Assembly: GCA_017656345.1 (NCBI GenBank)
Contig: JACDNZ010000012.1
Span: 2,223-66,222 of the forward strand
DNA: 64,000 bases
Direction: 5' to 3'
Source: Thermosipho sp. (in: thermotogales)
GTDB lineage: Bacteria; Thermotogota; Thermotogae; Thermotogales; Fervidobacteriaceae
Part shown: in pieces, positions 35,249 to 46,356 of the stretch
Position numbering within the stretch: position 1 is the stretch's first letter
How the letters are laid out: each line of letters opens with the position of its first letter
Position numbers and translations under genes: made by a program
The notes under the pieces: generated by a model
Seen by the model: the letters and a program-made list of their open reading frames with translations, nothing else
Told to the model about the DNA's origin: nothing
Databases searched by the model: none

Positions 35249-36523
35249 ATGAAAAAAAACTTTACACTTATGTTTGTAGTTTTTGCTTTATTATCTTTTG
35301 CATTTCAAATAGTTTTGAATGGATCTTCACTCAATCTCGAAATTGAAAAAAAACAATTTTGCATTGTTGAACTTATTCCTCCCTTTAAAAATGTTAATGA
35401 AATCAAAATCGTAACGAACACAAATGAATATCAAGCAAACATTTATACAATTTTAAATGCCAATAATAGTACACCCATGTTTAATAATGAGCCAGTTGAA
35501 AAAATTGTGATAAATGCTAATTTATTAGAAGAAAAGGACTGGGAAATATGGCTTTCATGGGAAGGTACAGACTTTATTAAAAATTATCTTGAAAACTACT
35601 CACAAATACATAAGATTACTTTCAAAGTTCTTGAAATCCCTAAAATCTCGACAAAGATTGTAACAATGAGCAAATCAGGAGTTAAATTACCTGATGTAAT
35701 AATGGTTAGTGCATTTGATTTTCCGACCTATTATAAATTAAATATACTCAAGGATAATTCATATATCCCATTTTATTACGATACTCAAGTTGTATATATC
35801 AATACCGAACTTGTTAACATCAACAGCTTGGAATGGTCAATTGATAAACTTGAAAATATTTCAAAAAAACTTCTTGATAATAATATTAAACCTATTGCAA
35901 TTAATCCAATAAGTGCATATTGGCTCTCCACTTTTTTAATGGGATATGGTAAGACTCCTTTAATTAATAATAAACACTTTATTCTAACTGATGAAGCTTC
36001 AAAAAGGGCTGTAGAAACCATACTAAATTGGTATACAAATGGTTTATTTGATTTCAGCTTCTTCAATAGAGATGCCCAAATTGCTGCCTTTTTAAGTGGT
36101 AAAGTTGGATTTTTATTTCAGGGTTCATTCCTTATGCCAAAAATCTTAGAAAATACCGATAAAGTGAAAATCTTACCTCTCCCAAAGCCACTTATACCTT
36201 TTAAAGATTACAAAGGATTTGCTACAACCAAAGATGGGGATATTTCCTTTACCAACTGGCTTTCTATCTTTTTGAAAAATCCTCTGTTTACTGAAGAATT
36301 TTCAGTAAAATATATTAAGTTCTTTGATAACTACATATCAAACAATATCCCCTTTAAAGATACCTTTGCATATACAGCAAAAATTGCTTATCCTATTCCT
36401 TTTGATGAAAAATATGTTAGATTCCACAAAAACGTCATGGATATTTTAAAACTTATCCTGAATAAATCCATTTCAGTCGAAGATGGTATGAAAAAACTGG
36501 AGGAAATTGTAAACAATGAATAG
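35249..36523 (+). CDS. Extracellular solute-binding protein (CUT1-type) with ~95-aa N-terminal extension
   Basis: 424 aa. Signal/anchor helix. The SBP-like core starts near WEIWLSWEG (LPDVIMVS..., AAFLSGKVGFLFQGSF). Confidence 0.65.
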   Translation: MKKNFTLMFVVFALLSFAFQIVLNGSSLNLEIEKKQFCIVELIPPFKNVNEIKIVTNTNEYQANIYTILNANNSTPMFNNEPVEKIVINANLLEEKDWEIWLSWEGTDFIKNYLENYSQIHKITFKVLEIPKISTKIVTMSKSGVKLPDVIMVSAFDFPTYYKLNILKDNSYIPFYYDTQVVYINTELVNINSLEWSIDKLENISKKLLDNNIKPIAINPISAYWLSTFLMGYGKTPLINNKHFILTDEASKRAVETILNWYTNGLFDFSFFNRDAQIAAFLSGKVGFLFQGSFLMPKILENTDKVKILPLPKPLIPFKDYKGFATTKDGDISFTNWLSIFLKNPLFTEEFSVKYIKFFDNYISNNIPFKDTFAYTAKIAYPIPFDEKYVRFHKNVMDILKLILNKSISVEDGMKKLEEIVNNE

Positions 36524-37019
36524 CCCAATTATCTGGATAACAGGAAAAAGTAAAACAGGGAAATCAACAATCGCAAAAAAGTTAAAAAAATATTTTGACT
36601 TACTACATATTAATTCGTATATTTTAGAAGGAAAATACTTAATGGAATTATTTAATGATATTGGCTTTAATACTAAATACATAAAAGAGAGGATAAGAAG
36701 ACTTGGTATCCTCTCCTATATTCTAGCTGATGCAGGAATTATTCCAATTATTCCAAGTGTTTCACCCATTAAAGAAGAAAGGGAAAAAATCAAAAACAAC
36801 TCTAATTTTCCATTTATTGAAATTTACTTAAAATGTCCCGAAAAAATAAGAGTTAAAAGAATAAAATCAGAAGATAGCTTCACCAAATTTGTAAATGAAA
36901 TATACACACCTCCTGAAACCCCAGATATAGAAATTGATACTTCTATTAACAATCCTGATGAAAGTGTTAAAATTATAATTGAATATCTAAAACACAACAA
37001 ATATATAAGAGGAGATTAA
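36516..37019 (+). CDS. Adenylylsulfate (APS) kinase homologue with degenerate active-site motifs
   Basis: 167 aa. It is collinear with CysC (P-loop [25 protein letters not shown]), but LDGDN is LEGKY and the RDxKGLY segment is absent. Confidence 0.65.
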   Translation: MNSPIIWITGKSKTGKSTIAKKLKKYFDLLHINSYILEGKYLMELFNDIGFNTKYIKERIRRLGILSYILADAGIIPIIPSVSPIKEEREKIKNNSNFPFIEIYLKCPEKIRVKRIKSEDSFTKFVNEIYTPPETPDIEIDTSINNPDESVKIIIEYLKHNKYIRGD

Positions 37020-37020
37020 A

Positions 37021-39789
37021 ATGAATTACATTATTGTGAAGGGTGCCAAAGTCCATAATCTCAAAAATATAACAGTTAAGATTCCGAAAAATAAATTAAC
37101 TGTTATAACTGGTATGTCAGGTTCGGGAAAAAGTTCTCTGGCACTCGATACTATTTATGTGGAAGGCCAAAGAAGATATCTAGAAAGTCTTTCTTCATAT
37201 GCCAGACAGTTTATTGGTGAACTAAAAAAACCTGATGTTGAAAGCATTGAGGGTTTATCTCCCTCTATTGCTATCGATCAAAAGAGTGTCTCACACAATC
37301 CCAGATCAACAATTGGCACAGTTACCGAAATTTATGATTATCTGAGAGTTTTATACTCACAGATTGGCATCCCATATTGTTATAAATGTGGAAAACCACT
37401 TGAAACAAAAAGTATTGATGAAATTATAAATGATATTATAAAAAAATTCAAAGGCAAAAAAATATACATTGAATCCCCAATTGCAACCGAGAAAAAAGGA
37501 ACATTTAAAGATATATTTGAAAAGTTTCTAGAAAAAGGATTTTTAAGAGTCGAAGTAGACGGAGAAATATATAGACTTGAAGAAGTTCCTGAATTAAATA
37601 AAAACGTCAGGCATAATATTAATCTTGTGATTGATAGATTAATTTTAAATGATATTGAAGAAATTAAACATAGATTGTTCGATTCCGTTGAACTTGCATT
37701 AAAAGAAGGAAAAGGATTTGTAATTATAAAAGACCTAACTACAAATATAGATAAAATTTATTCAGAAAAAATGATGTGTCCTGTTTGCGGCATTTCCATG
37801 CCCGAAATAACCCCAAAACTCTTTTCATTTAACAACCCATACGGTGCATGTCCTAGATGTCATGGACTTGGTTTTACACTTGAAGTAGATGAAAAAAAAG
37901 TTATTGATTTTAACAAACCAGTACTCGAGGCAATAAAAATTGGTCACAAAGAAAACGGCTGGATTCCAAGGAGAATTGTGAGAATTATTAATCAATTTGG
38001 AGGAGATTTGAAAACTCCATTTAAAAAATTACCTGAAGAAACACAAGAAGCCATTTTATACGGTACTTATTATTTTGACGGTTTAGTGGAGATTTTAAGA
38101 CAAAGATACGATGAATACACTTCTGAAGAATCAAGACAATGGCTTGTTGACAAGTTTTTTGTTGAAAAAACCTGTCATGAATGTAACGGACAAAGATTAA
38201 GAAAAGAAGCTTTGTCAATAAAAATTGAAGGGTTAAATATAATGGATTTTACCAATCTCCCAATTTCCAAAGAATTGAATTTTATTAGGCATTTAAAAAA
38301 GATCATTCCACAGAAAAAACTTGAAATTGTTATTGAATTACTTGACGAACTTGAAAAAAGACTATTGTTTTTAAACGAAGTTGGCCTTGGATATCTCACA
38401 CTTTCCAGAAACGTAAAAACCTTATCTGGTGGAGAGGCACAACGAATCCGTCTTGCTACACAAATTGGTTCAGGTCTTACAGGGGTCATCTATGTGCTTG
38501 ATGAACCTACGATAGGACTTCATCAAAGCGACAATGAAAGGCTGATAAAAACACTGAAAAAATTAAGAGACTTAGGAAATACAGTTATAGTGGTTGAACA
38601 CGATGAAGACGTAATTAAAAATGCAGATTATATTGTTGACATAGGTCCAGCGGCCGGAACACATGGTGGAAGGATAATTTATCAAGGACCTGTATCGAAA
38701 ATAGATTCTGTTCTTTCTAAATCAATTACTGCTCAGTATTTAAAAGGAATTAAAAAGATAGAGATTCCCAAAGCACGAAGAAAAGGAAATGGAAAATATC
38801 TTACAATATTTGGTGCCAGACAAAACAATTTAAAAAATTTAAACGTATCTTTCCCACTTGGAACTTTTATATGTATAACAGGAGTCTCTGGTTCTGGAAA
38901 AAGTTCTTTAATTATTGATACATTATACCCTGCTTTAATGAATAAATTACATAAATCCAATTTGCCTGAAGGCAAATATGATACAATTGAAGGGCTTGAG
39001 TACGTGGATAAAGTAATTGCGATAGATCAATCTCCTATCGGCAGAACTCCCCGCAGTAACCCAGCAACTTATACAAAAGTCTTTGACGAAATCAGAAAAC
39101 TATTTGCCATGACACCTGAAGCAAAAGCAAGAGGATATAAACCAGGAAGATTCAGTTTTAACGTTAAAGGTGGAAGATGTGAACACTGTCAAGGACAGGG
39201 AATAATCAAAGTAGAAATGTTATTCCTACCAGACGTATATGTTGAATGTGAAGTATGCCATGGAAAAAGATATAATAGTGAAACTTTAGAAGTAAAGTAT
39301 AAAAATAAAAATATTTCTGATATACTAAATATGACAGTCGACGAAGCTTTGAATTTCTTTAAAAATATACCGTCAATTAGCTCTACTTTACAGGTTTTAG
39401 CTGATGTGGGCCTAGGATATATCAAACTTGGACAGCCAGCAACCACATTATCTGGAGGAGAAGCTCAAAGGGTAAAACTTGCTTCTGAACTGAAAAAACG
39501 CTCAACGGGAAATACAATTTATATTCTTGATGAACCCACAGTTGGGCTTCATTTCGAAGATGTGAAAAAATTAATTGATGTTTTAAATAGATTGGTTGAT
39601 AAAGGGAACACAGTAATTGTAATTGAACATAACCTAGATGTCATTAAAAATGCTGATTATATAATAGATTTAGGACCAGTCGGTGGTGACGAAGGAGGAT
39701 ATATTGTTGCAAAAGGAACTCCCGAAGAAATTGCTCGTTCTAAACAATCTTTAACTGGAAAATATCTTAAAAATATTTTAGCAGGGTGA
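37021..39789 (+). CDS. uvrA: Excinuclease ABC subunit A
   Basis: 922 aa. Duplicated ABC ATPase modules ([18 protein letters not shown]; two LSGGEAQR), zinc modules CPVCG...CPRCHG and CEHCQGQG...CEVCHG. Confidence 0.95.
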   Translation: MNYIIVKGAKVHNLKNITVKIPKNKLTVITGMSGSGKSSLALDTIYVEGQRRYLESLSSYARQFIGELKKPDVESIEGLSPSIAIDQKSVSHNPRSTIGTVTEIYDYLRVLYSQIGIPYCYKCGKPLETKSIDEIINDIIKKFKGKKIYIESPIATEKKGTFKDIFEKFLEKGFLRVEVDGEIYRLEEVPELNKNVRHNINLVIDRLILNDIEEIKHRLFDSVELALKEGKGFVIIKDLTTNIDKIYSEKMMCPVCGISMPEITPKLFSFNNPYGACPRCHGLGFTLEVDEKKVIDFNKPVLEAIKIGHKENGWIPRRIVRIINQFGGDLKTPFKKLPEETQEAILYGTYYFDGLVEILRQRYDEYTSEESRQWLVDKFFVEKTCHECNGQRLRKEALSIKIEGLNIMDFTNLPISKELNFIRHLKKIIPQKKLEIVIELLDELEKRLLFLNEVGLGYLTLSRNVKTLSGGEAQRIRLATQIGSGLTGVIYVLDEPTIGLHQSDNERLIKTLKKLRDLGNTVIVVEHDEDVIKNADYIVDIGPAAGTHGGRIIYQGPVSKIDSVLSKSITAQYLKGIKKIEIPKARRKGNGKYLTIFGARQNNLKNLNVSFPLGTFICITGVSGSGKSSLIIDTLYPALMNKLHKSNLPEGKYDTIEGLEYVDKVIAIDQSPIGRTPRSNPATYTKVFDEIRKLFAMTPEAKARGYKPGRFSFNVKGGRCEHCQGQGIIKVEMLFLPDVYVECEVCHGKRYNSETLEVKYKNKNISDILNMTVDEALNFFKNIPSISSTLQVLADVGLGYIKLGQPATTLSGGEAQRVKLASELKKRSTGNTIYILDEPTVGLHFEDVKKLIDVLNRLVDKGNTVIVIEHNLDVIKNADYIIDLGPVGGDEGGYIVAKGTPEEIARSKQSLTGKYLKNILAG

Positions 39790-39793
39790 TATC

Positions 39794-40645
39794 GTGGAAA
39801 AAATATTGGAAAACTTCAGTGATTACCTTGAACATGTTAGAAGACATTCAGAAAATACTGTAAAAGCTTATTTGAAAGACGTAAGAAAACTTCTTAAATA
39901 TTTAAATAAAGACATAAAAAATATCACCAGAAAAGACATTGAAGAATTTTTAAAGGCGCTTTCAAAAGGTGAAGTCATTGGAATTAGTCCAAGAGAAACT
40001 ACTATTTCAAGATATATTTCAAGCCTTTCTACTTTCTTTAATTATTTAGAACTTTCAGGATTTATATCATCCAGCCCAATGGAAAGAATTAAACATCCAA
40101 GGATTAGAAGAAAAATCCCAGATTTTTTAACCGAAGAAGAAGTTAAAAAACTTATTGAATCATTTGACGAAGAAAATGAATTGAAAAATAAAACAGCAAT
40201 TTCTCTTTTATATTATGGAGGGTTAAGAATTAGTGAATTATGTAATATGAGGGTTAGTGATATTTCATTTATCCCACCATTCCTCAGAGTACAAATGGGA
40301 AAAGGCCGAAAAGATCGACTTGTACCTTTACCTGACAAAGTTGTTCCACTATTACAAAAATATATTGATAGTTTCAAACCAAAATTATATCTATTTGAAA
40401 ACGGCAACAAACATGTTCATCCCTCAACCGTATTTAGATGGGTAAAAGAAGGCGTTAAAAGGGCTGGCATAAAAAAAGATGTACATCCTCATACATTAAG
40501 ACATTCATATGCTACTCATTTAATTAGGAAAGGTGTTAACATTAAGGTAGTTCAAGAGCTCTTAGGACATACCAATCTCAGTACTACAAGCATTTATCTT
40601 CATGTCGCTGACCAAGAAAAATTCGATGCTGTAAGAAAATTATAA
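39794..40645 (+). CDS. Tyrosine recombinase, XerC/XerD family
   Basis: 283 aa. SAM-like N-domain. Catalytic residues in YYGGLRISEL, HPHTLRHSYATHL, LGHTNLSTTSIYLH. GTG start. Confidence 0.85.
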   Translation: MEKILENFSDYLEHVRRHSENTVKAYLKDVRKLLKYLNKDIKNITRKDIEEFLKALSKGEVIGISPRETTISRYISSLSTFFNYLELSGFISSSPMERIKHPRIRRKIPDFLTEEEVKKLIESFDEENELKNKTAISLLYYGGLRISELCNMRVSDISFIPPFLRVQMGKGRKDRLVPLPDKVVPLLQKYIDSFKPKLYLFENGNKHVHPSTVFRWVKEGVKRAGIKKDVHPHTLRHSYATHLIRKGVNIKVVQELLGHTNLSTTSIYLHVADQEKFDAVRKL

Positions 40646-40671
40646 AGGCTGCCTTAAAGGCAGCCTTTTTT
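40644..40671 (+). terminator. Terminator between the convergent xer and eno genes
   Basis: GGCTGCC-ttaaa-GGCAGCC stem-loop extended by A/T pairs, followed by TTTTTT. The U-tract is weaker in the opposite direction. Confidence 0.75.
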
Positions 40672-40688
40672 GTTTTCAAAAAAATCAT

Positions 40689-41981
<1,293 letters not shown>

Positions 41982-42060
41982 TTACACCTCCTATGTTCTT
42001 ATATTCACATATTTAATTATACCTTTAAAATGTTTCAAAAAGTAGATAATAAGTTTACAA

Positions 42061-42086
42061 AATAAAACCCCGCCATTACGGCGGGG
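42061..42086 (-). terminator. Intrinsic terminator after the toga operon
   Basis: CCCCGCC-attac-GGCGGGG stem-loop. UUUUAUU follows on the minus transcript. Confidence 0.8.
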
Positions 42087-42121
42087 TTTGAAAAATATTT
42101 ATTTGTAGCTAACTATCTATA

Positions 42122-43543
42122 TTAGAAGCTTGCGCTCCAAGCAAGTTTGAGGAACCATTGTGCATCTGTTGTGTTAATATCGAGTAATCCATCTCCGTCT
42201 TTATCGTAAAGTGTTCCGTAGAATGCGCTGAATGTTGTATTATCATCAATTACGTAATCAAGGCTTGCATTGTAACCGAAATCTGTTCCATCGTATTTAA
42301 CAGCTGCAGAAAGTGTAAGTGCATCAAGTGGTGTTACACTAACGTCTAATGTTGCTACAACTGCTGTTGCATTGGAAAGATCTGCCCAGTAAAGTTCTGC
42401 TGAACCAGTTACCATATCAACTGTAAATCCTGCTGTTAAGTCAAGTTCGATTGATGAAGGTGCTCCAACAAGGTCAGCCCAATCTGCAGACATTCCAAGA
42501 TTGAACATTTCTGCTTCATAACCTGCATGTACATTTGCAACGATTGCTGTTGCTGCACCAACTACGTCATTCCAAGAAAGGGACATTCCAGCTGTAAATG
42601 CATTTGCATATTCTACACCAAAGCTTACTGGAACTGTGAAGTTTGTTGCTGCTGTAAGATCTGAAATAATAAATCCTAAGCTTCCATTTACTGATACTTC
42701 GTCTGTAACTGCGTAATCAGCAGATACTGTTACATCAAATGATTTTCCTGTTGGTGCATCGCCACCTACGTAAGTAAGTAAGCCTACGTTTTCGAACCAT
42801 TGGAAGTTTTGTACTACTGTTATGAAATCAAATGTACCATTATATGCTTCACTTACACCGTAAACAACATCGCTTGCTTTTGCCATTGCAAACAATGCTT
42901 CAAGATCAATTGTACCGAAGTCGAATTCAAAGCTTGTATTTGCTGTTACACCAAAGTCATATGCTGATGTTGCTGGATCTGTATCTGTATCATAGATTGC
43001 TGCTGCAATGTTTACACCAGCAATGCTGTAATTTACTCCAAGGAAGTCGTCAAACCATGCATGTCCTGTTGCATCACCAGTATCGTAATCAACTTCTGTT
43101 GTGGTTGCAAGACCATCCATGAAAACAACTTCTAAACCATCAACAACTTTACATGTAACATCGATGTAATCCTCTGCTGGTACAAGTGGTGTGTCAACAA
43201 CACCATCAGCATCTGAGTCATACATACCACCAAAGAATTTGTTAAATCCAACTGCTCCTGGAGCATATGTAAGTGCAAAGAAGTCATTTTCAAATGTTAA
43301 TGAGTAGAAGCTCCAAGTTCCAGCAATAAAGTCAAAACCAAAGCTTACTCCCACTTGTGTGTCACCAGTTGGTGAAACGCTCAATGTAAAGCTGTCCAAT
43401 CCACCTTCAACGTCAACTCCCTTTTCGTCAATACCCAATGTAAAATACGCAGAACCTGTCCACGAAACAACTGCGTTAGCTTCTACAGCAAAAAGCGCAC
43501 TAAATACAAACAATGCTAAAACTGCTACTAACAATTTCTTCAT
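42122..43543 (-). CDS. OmpB-like outer (toga) beta-barrel porin
   Basis: 473 aa. Signal peptide (..ALFAVEANA). Alternating-hydrophobicity strands rich in A/V/T/G/D/F. C-terminal ...LKLAWSASF with terminal Phe. It lies next to the Omp-alpha-like gene, as I recall for Thermotoga. Confidence 0.75.
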   Translation of the reverse strand: MKKLLVAVLALFVFSALFAVEANAVVSWTGSAYFTLGIDEKGVDVEGGLDSFTLSVSPTGDTQVGVSFGFDFIAGTWSFYSLTFENDFFALTYAPGAVGFNKFFGGMYDSDADGVVDTPLVPAEDYIDVTCKVVDGLEVVFMDGLATTTEVDYDTGDATGHAWFDDFLGVNYSIAGVNIAAAIYDTDTDPATSAYDFGVTANTSFEFDFGTIDLEALFAMAKASDVVYGVSEAYNGTFDFITVVQNFQWFENVGLLTYVGGDAPTGKSFDVTVSADYAVTDEVSVNGSLGFIISDLTAATNFTVPVSFGVEYANAFTAGMSLSWNDVVGAATAIVANVHAGYEAEMFNLGMSADWADLVGAPSSIELDLTAGFTVDMVTGSAELYWADLSNATAVVATLDVSVTPLDALTLSAAVKYDGTDFGYNASLDYVIDDNTTFSAFYGTLYDKDGDGLLDINTTDAQWFLKLAWSASF

Positions 43544-43593
43544 ACTAATACCTCCCTCTCATTAATAAAGTAATATATTCCTTCCTATTTATG

Positions 43594-44724
43594 TTATGGT
43601 TGCATTATACCATAAATTGCTACACCAAGTCCAGCTGCTCCAAGTAATAATGCAAGAATAGAAATAACATTTGTTGTTTTAACTTTTCCTGCCAATTCTT
43701 CAACTTCTGCTTTATCAGCTTTTGTTTCAACATTTGCATTAAGTGTGTCAACAGATTTTTCTACTTCTTCTATTTTCTTTCTTAATGCATATTCAACTTC
43801 TCCAAGTTTCATTGCAAGACCATTTAAAGTATCAGAATTGAATGTTGCCATTTCTTCAACAGAAGCTATTTTTCCATTTACACCATCAACTTTAACATTG
43901 ATATATTTCATTATTTTTTTCTCAAGAGCTTTAATGTTTTGTGAATTTTGGTAAACAAGATCTCTTAATATTGGCATTCCATCATTTACTGTAGATTCAA
44001 GATTAAGAACTTTTGCATTAAGTTCTGCTACTTTATCATCGGCATAGGCTTTTACATTTTCTTCTGTTAAATTGATTTTCTTGTACAAGAACTCGATTTG
44101 ATCATTTACATTTGCTAAAGAAGCATTTACAAGTTCTTGAACTTCATCTTTTGAAACTTTATTTGCTAATTTTCCGTAAATTGAAATTACATCTTTATCA
44201 AGTGTATCTAATCTTTTTTCCAAACCTGCAATTTTTACATTAACTCCTTCTAAGTCTCTTTTTAATCCTCCTGCAATATCATAAAGTGCTGTAATGTCTC
44301 CTTCATGAATTTCAAGTGTAATTTTTAAGTTTTCAATTGCTGATAATGCATTAACAGCTTCCTCTACTTTTGCAGTTAATTCATCAATTGCATCAGAATT
44401 TGCTTTTACAACTTTGTAAAGAGAACCAATTTGATCTTTATTGTTGTTAATAAGTTTTAAAGAATTTAAATATCTGTTTTTAATTACCTCACCTAGTTCA
44501 AGTTCAATCTTATCCATAAGTCTAGAAAGTAAAACAGCAACCTCATAACGAGTAACTGCTGAAGTTCCCCTAAATGTCCCATCAGGATAACCTTGGATAA
44601 CCCCTACATTAACTAATTGTTCAACAGATTTAAATGCCCAATGATCTGCTGGAACATCCTTGAGTTGAGCAAACGCAAAAGCTGATACCAGAACAGCTAT
44701 AATAATAACAAAATACTTCTTCAT
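43594..44724 (-). CDS. Omp-alpha-like toga anchor: SLH domain + long coiled coil + C-terminal TM helix
   Basis: Signal peptide. SLH motif DVPADHWAFKSVEQLVNVGVIQGYPDGTFRG. About 280 aa of heptad-rich sequence. C-terminal ISILALLLGAAGLGVAIYGI. I moved the start to ATG 44724 (GGGAGG SD). Confidence 0.8.
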   Translation of the reverse strand: MKKYFVIIIAVLVSAFAFAQLKDVPADHWAFKSVEQLVNVGVIQGYPDGTFRGTSAVTRYEVAVLLSRLMDKIELELGEVIKNRYLNSLKLINNNKDQIGSLYKVVKANSDAIDELTAKVEEAVNALSAIENLKITLEIHEGDITALYDIAGGLKRDLEGVNVKIAGLEKRLDTLDKDVISIYGKLANKVSKDEVQELVNASLANVNDQIEFLYKKINLTEENVKAYADDKVAELNAKVLNLESTVNDGMPILRDLVYQNSQNIKALEKKIMKYINVKVDGVNGKIASVEEMATFNSDTLNGLAMKLGEVEYALRKKIEEVEKSVDTLNANVETKADKAEVEELAGKVKTTNVISILALLLGAAGLGVAIYGIMQP

Positions 44725-44776
44725 GAAAAATACCTCCCTTCCTGATTTGTGTTCCATTCAATTTACCATACAGTTG

Positions 44777-44806
44777 TATTATAACATTTTTATAAAACTT
44801 ATTTCA
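44777..44806 (-). promoter_or_regulatory. Strong sigma-70-type promoter of the toga operon
   Basis: The minus strand reads TTGAAA (44806-44801), an 18-nt spacer ending in TGT, then TATAAT (44782-44777). This is an extended -10. Confidence 0.6.
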
Positions 44807-44825
44807 AGTGTTTTTTTTAATTTTC

Positions 44826-46040
44826 TTAACTTTTAGCCTTGATTTTATAAAACTTTCTTTTCCCAATCCTTAAAATATGCTCATTTTCAATTATTACGTT
44901 ATCTTTAAAATTGTTAATTCTAACATTATCAAAATATACTCCACCCTGCATCACTGTTCTCTTTATTTCACTTCGACTTGATAAAACTTTTATTGCATCA
45001 ATTAAATTCACTATATTATACTCTCCGGCTTCAAACTCAACTTCCGGCATATCATCAGGAATTTCCTTGTTTCTGAAAACCTTTACAAAACTCTCTTCCG
45101 CTTCTTTTGCTTTGCTTTCATCGTAGAAAAATTCTACTATTTCACGTGCTAATCTCATTTTAACATCTCTTGGATTTATTTTACCATTTTTCATCATATT
45201 TTCATAATCTTTGATCTCTTCTTCTGGAATATCTGTAAGCAATCTCATATATTTTATTATTAACTCATCTGGAATTGACATTATTTTACCATACATCTCA
45301 TTTGGCTTATCATTAAATGCTATATAATTTCCATAACTCTTACTCATTTTCAATTTTCCGTCTGTTCCTTCGATTATTGGCATAGTCATAACAATCTGAG
45401 GCTTTTGACCAAATTCTTCCTGAACTTTTCTTCCAACTAAAAGATTAAACAACTGATCAGTTCCGCCCAACTCAACATCTGCCTGAATTGCTACCGAGTC
45501 ATAAGCCTGTGCTAGTGGATACAAGAACTCAGACACACTAATTGGTAAGCCTTCCCTTAAACGTTTTGAAAAATCATCCCTTTCAAGCATTCTTGCAACT
45601 GTGTACTTCCCGGCAAGATTTATAACATCTGCAAAAGTCATTTTACCTAACCATTCATTATTAAATCTTATTTCTGTTTTCTCTTTATCAAGAATTTTAA
45701 ATGCCTGTTCAGCATACGTTTGCGCATTTACTTTTACCTCTTCTTCTGAAAGCATTGGCCTTGTTGTACTTCTTCCAGATGGATCTCCTATTCTTGCCGT
45801 AAAGTCACCAATAATAAGTATTACATGATGACCTAAATCTTGAAATTCCTTTAACTTCCTCAATACAACGGCATGTCCCAAATGCAAATCTGGCCTTGAA
45901 GGATCAACACCTAGTTTAATCCTCAAAGGCCTACCACTTTTTAATTTCTCTAATAACTCTTCCTCTGAAACCAAATCTACTACATTTTTTTTCAATTTTT
46001 CAAGTTGCTTTTCTGGAAGGACGCTACTCAAATACACCAC
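44826..46040 (-). CDS. tyrS: Tyrosyl-tRNA synthetase
   Basis: 404 aa. HLGH and KMSKS class I motifs and a C-terminal S4-like domain. The start (GTG 46040 or the TTG 9 nt downstream) is uncertain. Confidence 0.9.
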   Translation of the reverse strand: MVYLSSVLPEKQLEKLKKNVVDLVSEEELLEKLKSGRPLRIKLGVDPSRPDLHLGHAVVLRKLKEFQDLGHHVILIIGDFTARIGDPSGRSTTRPMLSEEEVKVNAQTYAEQAFKILDKEKTEIRFNNEWLGKMTFADVINLAGKYTVARMLERDDFSKRLREGLPISVSEFLYPLAQAYDSVAIQADVELGGTDQLFNLLVGRKVQEEFGQKPQIVMTMPIIEGTDGKLKMSKSYGNYIAFNDKPNEMYGKIMSIPDELIIKYMRLLTDIPEEEIKDYENMMKNGKINPRDVKMRLAREIVEFFYDESKAKEAEESFVKVFRNKEIPDDMPEVEFEAGEYNIVNLIDAIKVLSSRSEIKRTVMQGGVYFDNVRINNFKDNVIIENEHILRIGKRKFYKIKAKS

Positions 46041-46049
46041 CCCAAAACA

Positions 46050-46283
46050 TTATCTGGAAATAAAGAAAGCTGTTAAAATACTAGAAACAAAAAATAAAGC
46101 GCCAAAAAATACCGTAATTTTTCCTTCCTTGTCAAGACCTTTTTCTCTACCAAATATAGTATGCATAGATCCAGAACCAAAAGCTCCACCAAGTTCTGCA
46201 AACTTACCCATCTGCTTTAAAGATAAAAATATCAATATAGCAGACACAATTGTATGGATAATCAACATAATAGTTGCTGCCAT
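46050..46283 (-). CDS. secG: Preprotein translocase subunit SecG
   Basis: About 77 aa. Two TM helices flanking GGAFGSGSMHTIFG. I moved the start to ATG 46283 (GGAGGTG SD). Confidence 0.75.
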   Translation of the reverse strand: MAATIMLIIHTIVSAILIFLSLKQMGKFAELGGAFGSGSMHTIFGREKGLDKEGKITVFFGALFFVSSILTAFFISR

Positions 46284-46356
46284 CACTACACCTCCATAAT
46301 AGCTTTTTTTCAAAAGGTATTATATCACAATTAACAACTCAAGGCAAATATTTATA

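Noticed and set aside
39794-40645. Tyrosine recombinase as the integrase of a mobile element or island
   Set aside because: It has Xer-like size and motifs. It follows uvrA by 4 nt and faces eno across a terminator. There are no flanking direct repeats, tRNA gene or phage/IS genes.
42122-43543. Locally GC-rich stretch as a horizontally acquired island
   Set aside because: The GC excess coincides exactly with the porin CDS. It is explained by the Ala/Gly/Val/Thr/Asp-rich composition, and the flanks and expression signals look native.
44725-44757. N-terminal extensions in track ORFs (Omp-alpha MEHKSGREVFF-, and similar extensions on UDG, crcB, rdgB, M23, kce, kamA, maoC, secG)
   Set aside because: In each case an internal ATG preceded by a GGAGG-type SD gives the expected family N-terminus or signal peptide. 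The upstream extension overlaps the neighbouring gene or a terminator, so the shorter models were used.
46041-46049. T-box leader upstream of tyrS
   Set aside because: Only 9 nt separate tyrS from secG, so there is no space for a ~200-nt T-box. tyrS appears co-transcribed with upstream genes.
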